Shown: one piece after another, positions 10,276 to 19,026 of the stretch
How positions within the stretch are numbered: the first letter of the stretch is position 1
Layout of the letters: every line of letters starts with the position of its first letter
Made by a program: the position numbers and the translations under genes
IMG/VR virus record: IMGVR_UViG_3300049049_000146
Span: 259,216-323,215 of that record
From: a virus
Taxonomy: Duplodnaviria; Heunggongvirae; Uroviricota; Caudoviricetes
Strand: one strand, 5' to 3'
Length of the DNA: 64,000 nucleotides
The notes under the pieces: generated by a model
Databases searched by the model: none
The model's input: only the letters and a program-made list of their open reading frames with translations
Told to the model about the DNA's origin: nothing

Positions 10276-12189
10276 TCAAACCGGGTCCAAGTCGCCACGA
10301 ACTAGGGCAGTGGTGCTCGTGAGGATTGTAATCACAATAGTTGAATACTGCTGGGCGGAGTGCGGGTTGAACGCAGCAGGGTACGCCAACGTCATGCCGC
10401 CACCAGCAGCCACCTGTAGCTGACCAGAACCCATCTGAACGCACTCCACGGTTACACCCGGCTGCAGGCCAGTGTTGACGGTAATCGTCACGGTGGAGTT
10501 CGACGTAAACTGAATCAGTGTCCCGTGGTCGCTGTTAGCGATCACACGGGATGTGCCTGCATCAATAGGCGCGACCGAGAAGACCGGGTCGGTACCGCCT
10601 GGAGCATGCGTGGATGCATGGGCTACGAGAGCGTGAACGTGGTCAATACGCGCAAGCTCACTTATGACGCCTGGATCGTTGGCAAAACCAATAGGCTCTG
10701 GGTTCGTCGCGCCTCCGGTAATCTGCCAAATTGAACCAGCGCCCTCAGACGTACCCTGACGGTAGTAGAGATCAGGGCCGGAACCGTCATCAAGCAGCGC
10801 GTAAATTACGCCCTGCTCAGCACCAAGGCTCGAAGGAGCAGGGCTGATGCTATAGAGACGGAGTAACGAACCGGCCGATCCATCCACGGAGAAATTGCCG
10901 ACGCGAACTTCTTCGTGTGCCCAGAACATTCCACGGTGCGTCCACGTAACGCTCGTCAGACCCGACTCAATCGAGTCGGCCTCCACCGTCGTACCGAGGT
11001 AAATACTCCCGTTACTGTTGGCGTTGCCGGGCACAAGGAAGATGCTGCCGCCAACTCCTCCGTCACCCCCTCCATCACCACCAATTAGCGAGACATCACC
11101 GCCCGGAGCGCTACCACTGGCTGCGCCGCTGAATCCCGCGCTACCTCCAGTGAGAGTAACGGAGCCGCCCGCGCCACGAGAACCGTCCCCATCAAACGGG
11201 GAGCCTCCGATACCACCAGTGATCGAAACCTCACCGCCGTCACCACCAGCGAGTGCCGTATCTCCACCTGAGCCGCCAGTACCGCCCTGAATAAAGACGA
11301 TACCGCCTGCTTGTCCAGGTCCGACCATACCCATGCCGCCGTTGCCAGCACCCAGAGTAAGATCGTCGCCAAGGTCTTCGAAACCAGCACCGTAAGGCGA
11401 GATGGTAATAGAACCATCACTACGGATCTGGTCTTTTCCGATCTCCAGCGTCTGGGACGCGAGCGTGTCGGTCACCAATACAGCAATACCCTGACCAGCA
11501 AACGTCTGAACGAACTTCGCGGCAACACCACCGCCAGAACCAGCGTTCTGTTCAACGAGCAGAACAGCGTTTCCCCCGCCGAGGTCAGTGCCTGAATTCG
11601 TCAGGCGGAGCGCGTACGTCTCGCCTGTACCGATAGGGCGCGTGATTTGGATGCCACCATCGGCATTTAACGTGATGTCGGGACCGGCATCGTATGCATT
11701 CTGAAGGGAGCCGCCTCCGCCCGCTCCTACAGCAGTCCAGTCAGCGTCACCGCCTACACCCTTAATCCAAAGGGTACCGCCCACGTCAATGAGCAGCGAG
11801 CCGGGAGTAGCGGGTACACCTGTGATGTCTGGATTCGCAGTTCCCGTGCCTACGATAATCTGAACAGAACCGTCCGGTCCGAACGCAGGAACGCCAGGAG
11901 GCTCCAGGTTCAGCATCGTGGCGTAGCTGTAATCAGTGTCGTTAGAATTCCACGTACGACTGAGATTCAGCTGGCCGTTCGCTTGGATAGCCAGACGAGT
12001 ATTGTCGTCGCCATCCTGTACCTCAAAAACTGAGGTGGGGCCATCCTGAGGCTCAAGCGGAATGATCTGGAAAGCAGAATTATTCGACGTCTTGATGACG
12101 TTGATTAGCAGAGCGTCTACCGCAGGGTCAGCCTGCCGCGGCGTCTTCTGCGTAGGGACGCTGTACCCTAGGAACTTTAGGTCGGCCAT
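10276..12189 (-). CDS. Gly-rich tail fibre protein
   Basis: GGxVxLxGG repeats, HxH motifs (DHVHALVAHASTH), C-terminal fibre domain (VECVQMGSGQLQV...QYST...GDL). Confidence 0.7.
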   Translation of the reverse strand: MADLKFLGYSVPTQKTPRQADPAVDALLINVIKTSNNSAFQIIPLEPQDGPTSVFEVQDGDDNTRLAIQANGQLNLSRTWNSNDTDYSYATMLNLEPPGVPAFGPDGSVQIIVGTGTANPDITGVPATPGSLLIDVGGTLWIKGVGGDADWTAVGAGGGGSLQNAYDAGPDITLNADGGIQITRPIGTGETYALRLTNSGTDLGGGNAVLLVEQNAGSGGGVAAKFVQTFAGQGIAVLVTDTLASQTLEIGKDQIRSDGSITISPYGAGFEDLGDDLTLGAGNGGMGMVGPGQAGGIVFIQGGTGGSGGDTALAGGDGGEVSITGGIGGSPFDGDGSRGAGGSVTLTGGSAGFSGAASGSAPGGDVSLIGGDGGGDGGVGGSIFLVPGNANSNGSIYLGTTVEADSIESGLTSVTWTHRGMFWAHEEVRVGNFSVDGSAGSLLRLYSISPAPSSLGAEQGVIYALLDDGSGPDLYYRQGTSEGAGSIWQITGGATNPEPIGFANDPGVISELARIDHVHALVAHASTHAPGGTDPVFSVAPIDAGTSRVIANSDHGTLIQFTSNSTVTITVNTGLQPGVTVECVQMGSGQLQVAAGGGMTLAYPAAFNPHSAQQYSTIVITILTSTTALVRGDLDPV

Positions 12190-12243
12190 GCTCGAAACCG
12201 GAGGTGAAAGCCTACCCTTAGGTAAGCTTCAAATGCACCTCGG

Positions 12244-12636
12244 CTAATTTGCGAGCCCGACCACCACAGCAGCACCAACAACACCAAGAATCAAGCCCAG
12301 CGTGAGCATGATGATGTTGCCATTCTGCTCCCACCATGACGTGGTCGACAGCTGAAGAATGCGGGACTCCTGCTCATTGATGTGCTGCTCGTAGAGCGTC
12401 GTCGATTGCTGAAGTACGCGCTGCGCGACCGCCAACTCAACGGTCAGGCGGTCAACAGCAGCCGCGTCTTCAATGCACTGCTCAGCTGCGTCAGCGTCAA
12501 TGAGAAGACCAGAAAACGGAGCGGGGCGCCCTTCAAGGAGGGTCACGCCGTAGTTTGGTCGCCTCTCCTGAGCGAGAACAGACGAAGGGATGGAAAGGAT
12601 TAGGCAGAGAACAAACGAAATCAGACGGTAAGTCAC
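12244..12636 (-). CDS. exported coiled-coil protein with C-terminal TM anchor (spanin-like?)
   Basis: Probable GTG start at 12636; signal peptide ending VLA|QE, GRPAPFSGLL motif, coiled coil, C-terminal TM helix. Confidence 0.55.
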   Translation of the reverse strand: MTYRLISFVLCLILSIPSSVLAQERRPNYGVTLLEGRPAPFSGLLIDADAAEQCIEDAAAVDRLTVELAVAQRVLQQSTTLYEQHINEQESRILQLSTTSWWEQNGNIIMLTLGLILGVVGAAVVVGLAN

Positions 12637-12637
12637 G

Positions 12638-13000
12638 TTACGCCTCGCTATACGAATTCGGGTTCCACCAGTCAGGCTTCGCAATACCGATATCCTGCTT
12701 CCGCGGACCCTTACGACGCTCCTTCACAGGAAGCGCACCTACAGGCATCCCGTGGAAAGCCCCTTCGACGTCGTCGTCATCTTCGCCGACGTCATCGTCA
12801 TCCTCGTCATCACCATCATCCGCGTCATCCTGTGATTTCTCCTTATCAAGACCGTCCTCAAGGAGCTTAGCAGTGTCGGTCTTGTCGGCAGCAAGCAGTT
12901 CTTTTCCAAGACTGAAGAGGCGAGCAGACGCAGGGGCGTTGCCCGCCTTCAGCTGAAATGCTGCAGCACGGATAAGTCGGCGTGCGAGAACAATGTTCAT
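12638..13000 (-). CDS. hypothetical protein with acidic tract
   Basis: Probable start MNIVLARR at 13000, 1 nt after the upstream stop; D/E-rich middle. Confidence 0.6.
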   Translation of the reverse strand: MNIVLARRLIRAAAFQLKAGNAPASARLFSLGKELLAADKTDTAKLLEDGLDKEKSQDDADDGDDEDDDDVGEDDDDVEGAFHGMPVGALPVKERRKGPRKQDIGIAKPDWWNPNSYSEA

Positions 13001-13001
13001 C

Positions 13002-13400
13002 TCAGTCTCCGCCTGGAAGCTGCAAATCGATGCCGCGCTTCTTCGCTTCAGAGCGCAGAAGTACCCACGCAAACAGCGAGATCACGCCAGCGCCAGCGAA
13101 ATAGGCGACGCTCGCAATGAGCGGCCACGCAGGATCCATCTGCTCTGGGTTCTGCCAGAGCAGACCAACAAGGCCACCAGCAAGAATTGGGTGAACGGGG
13201 AGCGATTCGCGACCCCACCACCAAAACCACTGCGCATCCCAGAACTTGTACCAAGGGCCTGGGCGCTTCTTGTACGCACGAGCCTTCGTGAATACACGAG
13301 TGCTCATGAACTGACCGACCACCATGAAAATGATGGTGATCATGCCAAACGGCCAGTGAGGGAGGATGTTAGCTACGAAAAAATCCCAAGTCTCTTGCAT
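13002..13400 (-). CDS. holin-like membrane protein
   Basis: 132 aa with about three hydrophobic segments and a charged C-terminus. Confidence 0.5.
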   Translation of the reverse strand: MQETWDFFVANILPHWPFGMITIIFMVVGQFMSTRVFTKARAYKKRPGPWYKFWDAQWFWWWGRESLPVHPILAGGLVGLLWQNPEQMDPAWPLIASVAYFAGAGVISLFAWVLLRSEAKKRGIDLQLPGGD

Positions 13401-13402
13401 GA

Positions 13403-13660
13403 CTACACCGTCCAGCTTGTGCTGACAGTAAATACATAACGTCGTAAGCCACTGCTCAGAATTGAGTAAGAATCAAGCGCACACGTCAGAGAAGCGAGGG
13501 GAGGAGCGCCCATGTCCGCGAGGATTCTTGCGGACAAGTTGTCATCAAGATACGTACATGGGTCCAGGTAGGTATCGTAGGTTTCAACGACAACAGACGC
13601 AGATCGCGTGAACGTAGTCTGCGTGACCGTGGTGGTCAGGGTGGCGCGAGAGGCAGGCAT
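13403..13660 (-). CDS. hypothetical protein
   Basis: 85 aa, start overlaps the upstream stop. Confidence 0.6.
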   Translation of the reverse strand: MPASRATLTTTVTQTTFTRSASVVVETYDTYLDPCTYLDDNLSARILADMGAPPLASLTCALDSYSILSSGLRRYVFTVSTSWTV

Positions 13661-15225
13661 TAGCCCTCCTGGCGTCCAACGATGACGATTTCCTTGATGG
13701 CCTTCTCAGCGATAACGTCGGCAAGGTCAGGATTGACTTTCAACCGGAACTGGAAGAACGTCGAAGCTGAAACGGAATCCGTCTGGCTAAGAATCTGCCA
13801 AGCGCCGGTTGACGACGTGCGGTACTCGACCTGAATCTTGTCTGTAGCCAGGTCTCCCTTCACGAGATATCCGTGGAGAGAAACGGGAATGGCATAAGTT
13901 GCGCTGTTGAACGTGATTACGTTCTCACCCTCGTAGATGTTCTCACCTACGCGGACGATGCGGTTGTTGGTTGAGTCGGCGAACAACGCGAAGTTGATCA
14001 GCACACCATCAACGCTAAGAACGTCAGCGGCAACAGCACCAACAGCGCCGGTCACAGGAGAGAAGCTGCCACTGTTAGGATTCGCTGCATTTTCATCCTG
14101 AGAATACGATCCGAACGTGTAGAGATGCTTCATCGTGACGAGGTCAAATACCTCTACGCCGGGGCTGTTCGTCAGATACAGGCGGCGACGACCAACATCA
14201 ACATGGATCTTCTGAGCAGAACGTGTCGCAAAAGAACGACCACGGAATTCTACGTAACCGACAAGGTAGTTGTCCGAGGTCAAACCAGTCACGGAAATCG
14301 CGCCAATCTCATAAGGACGGGCGGTATTCGTCGAGTCATAACTCAGCACCCACAAAGCACCCAGAGTAGAATCGAATGCAAGGCCCTGAGGGAGGGCTAC
14401 GCTCATCTGGTGAAGATCCGTACCCTGATTTACGACGATATACGAACCAAACACAGGGGTCGCTACGGTCGTAACGTTGAAGGAGCAGACGAATCCCTGG
14501 CCAGTTCCACCGGCCGATGCGGCAATTCCCTGCGCGCACGAAATGTACAAAGTGTTTGTCGCAGGATCGAACGCAAGGTCGGTTGGCGTGTTGAGCAGAG
14601 GCGTACCAACAGCGTCAGGCAACCCGGCGCTGCCTGGGGTGCCGATCGTCGACACAAGAGCGAACGTAGAAGCGTTGTAGATGCGGACCATGTGGTCCGT
14701 GCTAGCAACAGCTACGTACTCAGTTGCAGTCACTCGGAAAGTAATCGCTGACGATGCTGCGCCATAGCCAGATCCCGTAGTGATGGCATTACCTGGAACG
14801 GCGCCAATGATATGGCCGTACTCGTTCAAGTAGAACACACCGCGGTCTGCGTCAGTCACGTAGTAGCGACGACCGTCTGAAAGAGTGCCGTATGGAACAC
14901 TGGTCTGAGTGCCCGCTGCATCATCGGAGCGCTGCCAGATCTTCACCACGTTAGCAACATTCGCTTCCAGGAAACCCTGAACGATCTTGTCAGAGCCCTT
15001 GGGATCGAATCGAAGCTCACGCCGATTGCTGTCGCTGACAAGCAGTCCTGTGGAAGAAGCCACGGCAGTGGAGTCGAGGCGAATGTTCAGATCGGGCGTA
15101 AGTGCGCCAATCACATTGCTAAGGGCCGTCGCGTACGAGGTGTTCTGCAACACCGCGTTCTTCGACACGACTGCCTGGTCAGCGAGGATGATCTGAAGGA
15201 ACTGCTTTAGTTGAGAAAATAGCAT
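13660..15225 (-). CDS. beta-propeller (NHL/YVTN-like) virion protein
   Basis: PTDLAFDPATNTLYIS, PQGLAFD, ADSTNNRIVR repeats. Confidence 0.65.
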   Translation of the reverse strand: MLFSQLKQFLQIILADQAVVSKNAVLQNTSYATALSNVIGALTPDLNIRLDSTAVASSTGLLVSDSNRRELRFDPKGSDKIVQGFLEANVANVVKIWQRSDDAAGTQTSVPYGTLSDGRRYYVTDADRGVFYLNEYGHIIGAVPGNAITTGSGYGAASSAITFRVTATEYVAVASTDHMVRIYNASTFALVSTIGTPGSAGLPDAVGTPLLNTPTDLAFDPATNTLYISCAQGIAASAGGTGQGFVCSFNVTTVATPVFGSYIVVNQGTDLHQMSVALPQGLAFDSTLGALWVLSYDSTNTARPYEIGAISVTGLTSDNYLVGYVEFRGRSFATRSAQKIHVDVGRRRLYLTNSPGVEVFDLVTMKHLYTFGSYSQDENAANPNSGSFSPVTGAVGAVAADVLSVDGVLINFALFADSTNNRIVRVGENIYEGENVITFNSATYAIPVSLHGYLVKGDLATDKIQVEYRTSSTGAWQILSQTDSVSASTFFQFRLKVNPDLADVIAEKAIKEIVIVGRQEG

Positions 15226-15237
15226 GGCTTCCCCTTC

Positions 15238-15810
15238 TCACAGAGCGACTACGATGCGATAAGATACCACGTCTCGGTCAGTCTTTACTTGAAGAGGACG
15301 GTGAGCCAGTGCGAAAAGGAATTGGGTTCCAACCTCTGAGACGAAAGGGGAACTCAGAATGGTGGCGACCAAAGCCACCTCGCCGATGCCTGCCTCAAGG
15401 TCTGTGCGGCCGACGCGAGCAACGAAACTCTTAGCAGTGCCATCCAGCGTAGCGGTTTCGACGAGGTCAATCGTATCGCGGTAGATCTCTGACTCCAAAG
15501 CAGACGCATTTGGGTCGACAGCAGTGGCAACGAGTGGGTTTGAAGGATCGTAACCGCTGGAACCCAGCGCGTAATGCGTGATACGGAACGACGTCCCATC
15601 GATCAACGACCGCGCCATCAGTTCGCGAGCGGCCAACGTAACGGTGGCAACAACAGTCGAAACCGAGCCGGAAGAAGTTGTGGTCCCACTGAGTGAGAGG
15701 CCGATACATCCTGCTTCTGGCGGCCAGTGAGCGACGAATGACGCGTCAAGGGAAGCGCCCCCTCCTACGAAAGGACCCGAGACAGCAAAGTCTGAGGAGA
15801 AGCTCGTCAT
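15238..15810 (-). CDS. tail-collar/fibre attachment protein (DUF3751-like), paralog of 27364..27840
   Basis: TLAARELMA..FRITHYALGSSG...TQFLFALAH motif shared with 27364..27840. Confidence 0.6.
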   Translation of the reverse strand: MTSFSSDFAVSGPFVGGGASLDASFVAHWPPEAGCIGLSLSGTTTSSGSVSTVVATVTLAARELMARSLIDGTSFRITHYALGSSGYDPSNPLVATAVDPNASALESEIYRDTIDLVETATLDGTAKSFVARVGRTDLEAGIGEVALVATILSSPFVSEVGTQFLFALAHRPLQVKTDRDVVSYRIVVAL

Positions 15811-16211
15811 AGAGTCACGTCACCGGGGTCGAAGTCGTCGTAAATCTCGTACACGACGTGTGTAATTGGACCACCAAACGCACACTCGGGGACGCCTGAT
15901 TCGTCCAGAATCGTGAGGAAGCACGACCAGAACACGTCGCTGAAGCGCCAAGGCTTCGGAATCCTAGATAACACGCTCGTCGTGACATATTCACGAACGG
16001 CGCTCTGGGAATCGAAGCGGGGAGGAGCCGAGATAATCAGCTTCGCAAGCTTCGCTGCCTCGGCATACTGCGCGGAGTCGCTCTTCTTCGCCGCATCACA
16101 CACGTGCTTAGCCCCAGAACGGACATCTTCATCCGCAGTCACATCGATATTGTGAGCAACTACGTGAAGCAAGTAATCGGGGTCAGCCAGCGCGTGCTTG
16201 TAGCGCGTCAT
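15807..16211 (-). CDS. hypothetical protein
   Basis: Probable start MTRYKHAL at 16211 (ATGA overlap); the track's longer N-terminus overlaps the upstream gene. Confidence 0.6.
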   Translation of the reverse strand: MTRYKHALADPDYLLHVVAHNIDVTADEDVRSGAKHVCDAAKKSDSAQYAEAAKLAKLIISAPPRFDSQSAVREYVTTSVLSRIPKPWRFSDVFWSCFLTILDESGVPECAFGGPITHVVYEIYDDFDPGDVTL

Positions 16212-17317
16212 GGAAGCGGGGCCTTGCCATTCCACACGGAACCAATGCCATTGCCGAGCACGTATGTTCCGTTGCTGTTGAGTGGTGTTCGATTGGCGAT
16301 GTTGTCGTTGAGAATGCGTACACCTGGAACGCGTCCACGCCACGCTTGGTCAGGCGTTCGATGAAACACGATGACATCGTAGTCATCCTGTTCGCCGGAC
16401 CGAGGATTTGTAGCAGCAGCGGCCACAGTCAGCATATCAACGCCGGTCGAAAGCAGACGCTTCTGAGCGAAGCGCAGAGCAATCACCGAATTAGAGGCGT
16501 TTAGGCCCTCACCCACACAGAAGTTATTCACTACCGTGGTGTTCCTGCTCAAATTATTGGCCACACCAGCAGCAGGACTTCCGAAAATCGCTGAATAGCT
16601 CAGGTCCTTCGAGACGCCAACCTCGGACGGTGAGTGGAATGGTGAGAGCGAACCAAGCCAGAGGGCATTTCGGTTCGAAGCGATACCACCCACGTCTTCT
16701 GACCAGATGTAGACGTAACCTGCAGTTGAATCAGCGACGCAGAACGTCTGAGCGAGCGTGGAATGAAGGTAGTGATTGGATGAGACCGGCAGCGTCCAAG
16801 AGCTACTGCCAACGCTCCACCCTCCTACGAAGCCAAGCTGCCAGTACAATGACGTGGAAACGCCATCAACAAAGCATCGTGCCTGCCACGCAAGACCTGA
16901 AGGGTTCTGGATTACGAAGAAATCACTGTTCGCTGGAGGCGTGGCTGTGTCGAAAATCCGGTATTGGACGTTCGTCGCACTGATGTTGAGCACAGCCGAA
17001 GAATCCAACGTCAACTGTGTCGACGTGGGTACGGCGGTGATACGAGCGATCGTGCAGTTTGATGGATTGGTCGCATCGCGAATCGCGATGTGCTTGTTGA
17101 TGAATGTTGCGTCGAAGACGCTAGCAGCGGCGTAGAATGCCTGAGGTGTTGCGTTGTTGATGATGCCGTTCGTGTTCGAGTAGAACACGGTGGACCATGC
17201 AGCGCCGCTGGCCTGAACCTCTGTGAAACCGTTGACGTAGGTCAACCAGTGGTACAGCATCTGTGCCTGTACCCGATAGTTCGTCGTCGCGAAGTTGTTG
17301 ACAATCCTGGTTACCAT
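16208..17317 (-). CDS. virion structural protein, paralog of 21271..22329
   Basis: Shared WQAR, WTLP and C-terminal LGxG..xWxG motifs. Confidence 0.6.
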   Translation of the reverse strand: MVTRIVNNFATTNYRVQAQMLYHWLTYVNGFTEVQASGAAWSTVFYSNTNGIINNATPQAFYAAASVFDATFINKHIAIRDATNPSNCTIARITAVPTSTQLTLDSSAVLNISATNVQYRIFDTATPPANSDFFVIQNPSGLAWQARCFVDGVSTSLYWQLGFVGGWSVGSSSWTLPVSSNHYLHSTLAQTFCVADSTAGYVYIWSEDVGGIASNRNALWLGSLSPFHSPSEVGVSKDLSYSAIFGSPAAGVANNLSRNTTVVNNFCVGEGLNASNSVIALRFAQKRLLSTGVDMLTVAAAATNPRSGEQDDYDVIVFHRTPDQAWRGRVPGVRILNDNIANRTPLNSNGTYVLGNGIGSVWNGKAPLP

Positions 17318-17325
17318 CGTGTCCC

Positions 17326-18333
17326 TCAGCCTAATTCGTCGCGAAGACCTTCAAGCTCATCCTCACCATGCTCGATCTTGGACTCGTAGTCCTTGATCTT
17401 CTTCTGCATCTCGCTGCGTTGCTTCCGGTTAAAAGATGCTGATTCGGTGATGATTTGGGTCAGCGTGACCGCCATGTACAGGAAGCCCTTGCACGCCACA
17501 TAAGTACCAGGCTGAAGGTCTTCTTTGGCGGCGGTCGCAGCACGCGACAAAGCCAAAGCTAGAGTCGTAACCGACGCTGCCGAACGACGAATCTGATTGA
17601 AAGTAGGCGTGTCCGCTCCGGCAAGAACGGCAGTAAGGTCATCCTTGTAATCCATCAGGACATTACGAGGACCTTCCATCGCGCCAACGTACTTTCGAAT
17701 CAGCTGCTGGAACTGTTGATCGTTCTTCGCACGGGCTGCTGGCTGCTTGTTTCGAAGCTTGCGCTGCGCGCCCTGCTGCGTCTGCTTTTGGTGATTGTCG
17801 ACGATACGGTCAATTCGAAGCTCACGCTCCAGCGCCTCCGTAGTCGCGGCCTGCTCGTCGTCCTCGAAGCCTTCGGCGTCGGCAGGGACGGACATGGCGT
17901 CGGAACGCTTCAACATCTCAGCAGACAGTACAGCAATCTGATTGAAAAGAATCTTGAACGTCTGCAGAGCTAAAAGAGAGCGCTGACGAAGCTTGTCTTC
18001 GGTACGCTGCTTCCCTTTGAAGAAGGGAACATATCGATAGAGCATCTTGACGAACTTCATCTTGTAGCGCTTGTTGACGTAGTCCGAAGGATAGTTGTCA
18101 CGGACCCATTTCTCAAGCTGCTCGTCTTCAGGAACAGCACTCTCCTGATAGCGACGAGCAAGCACGTCGTAACGACGCAAATTCGATTGAAGATCTCGAC
18201 GTGCGCTCTCGGCCGCCATCATCGCAGACGGCTCCATCGGTCCGGCCACAGAGACCAGACGAAGGAGGGTACCATTCAAAGCGGTCCCCAGCTGCCGCGC
18301 TACGTTGATGTCAACCACGACAGCCTCACGCAA
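17326..18333 (-). CDS. helical hypothetical protein
   Basis: 335 aa charged, helical-looking ORF. Confidence 0.7.
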   Translation of the reverse strand: MREAVVVDINVARQLGTALNGTLLRLVSVAGPMEPSAMMAAESARRDLQSNLRRYDVLARRYQESAVPEDEQLEKWVRDNYPSDYVNKRYKMKFVKMLYRYVPFFKGKQRTEDKLRQRSLLALQTFKILFNQIAVLSAEMLKRSDAMSVPADAEGFEDDEQAATTEALERELRIDRIVDNHQKQTQQGAQRKLRNKQPAARAKNDQQFQQLIRKYVGAMEGPRNVLMDYKDDLTAVLAGADTPTFNQIRRSAASVTTLALALSRAATAAKEDLQPGTYVACKGFLYMAVTLTQIITESASFNRKQRSEMQKKIKDYESKIEHGEDELEGLRDELG

Positions 18334-18727
18334 TCTTCCAACGGCGTACCACAGGAACGGGCGCTACCGCAGGCTGAAAGTTGCGCTTTTCCTGCTCAAG
18401 GATCTCAAACGCACGAGTCAAAGCAGCAGAAACAGTGGTCTCTGCGCTGGGCTCGGGAATACAAAAGCGAGAAGTATCGTCAGGATCAGCAGGAGGATCG
18501 ACACGAATCGTGACTTCCTCAACGACTGGAGTCGTCATCATATGAAATCCAGTCGCTGGAGTCAGGTCGGCAAACGCTTCCTGCGCGGCCTTGAAGCTCT
18601 TGTGGCTATCACGAGAGATTCTACGCACCTTTCGCAGTGTATCGTTAATCTTTCGTACCTGCTGCTGGGCTAGCTCCCTGTTCTCCTGCTCAAGATCCCG
18701 AGCATCTGCAACATCGCGCTTTCTCAT
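18326..18727 (-). CDS. hypothetical protein
   Basis: Probable start MRKRDVADARD at 18727 (ATGA overlap). Confidence 0.6.
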   Translation of the reverse strand: MRKRDVADARDLEQENRELAQQQVRKINDTLRKVRRISRDSHKSFKAAQEAFADLTPATGFHMMTTPVVEEVTIRVDPPADPDDTSRFCIPEPSAETTVSAALTRAFEILEQEKRNFQPAVAPVPVVRRWKIA

Positions 18728-19020
18728 TTGCGTATACTCCAAAGCCTTTCGGCTAGTTCATGAAGTTGCTCAACTGCCGTAACAGAACTCTCACCGTGGG
18801 CCTGAAGAATGCCGTTGATTTCCTTTTCGCGTTCCGTCTGAGCCTTACGGATATCATCGAGCGTGCGTGCGTGAGTCTCAAGCAGCGACTGAATCTTTGC
18901 ATTCAGTTCGTTTACGTCCTTCTTCGCTTGCTCTTTTTCCGCAAGGTACATCTTCAAGACGACCGCAGAAATTACACCTAACGGCCCATACGTCAGTAAT
19001 GCCGTGATAAGCTCAGCCAT
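18724..19020 (-). CDS. holin-like single-TM coiled-coil protein
   Basis: N-terminal LLTYGPLGVISAVVL TM segment followed by coiled coil (BhlA/UviB-like layout). Confidence 0.5.
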   Translation of the reverse strand: MAELITALLTYGPLGVISAVVLKMYLAEKEQAKKDVNELNAKIQSLLETHARTLDDIRKAQTEREKEINGILQAHGESSVTAVEQLHELAERLWSIRK

Positions 19021-19026
19021 AAGTCC

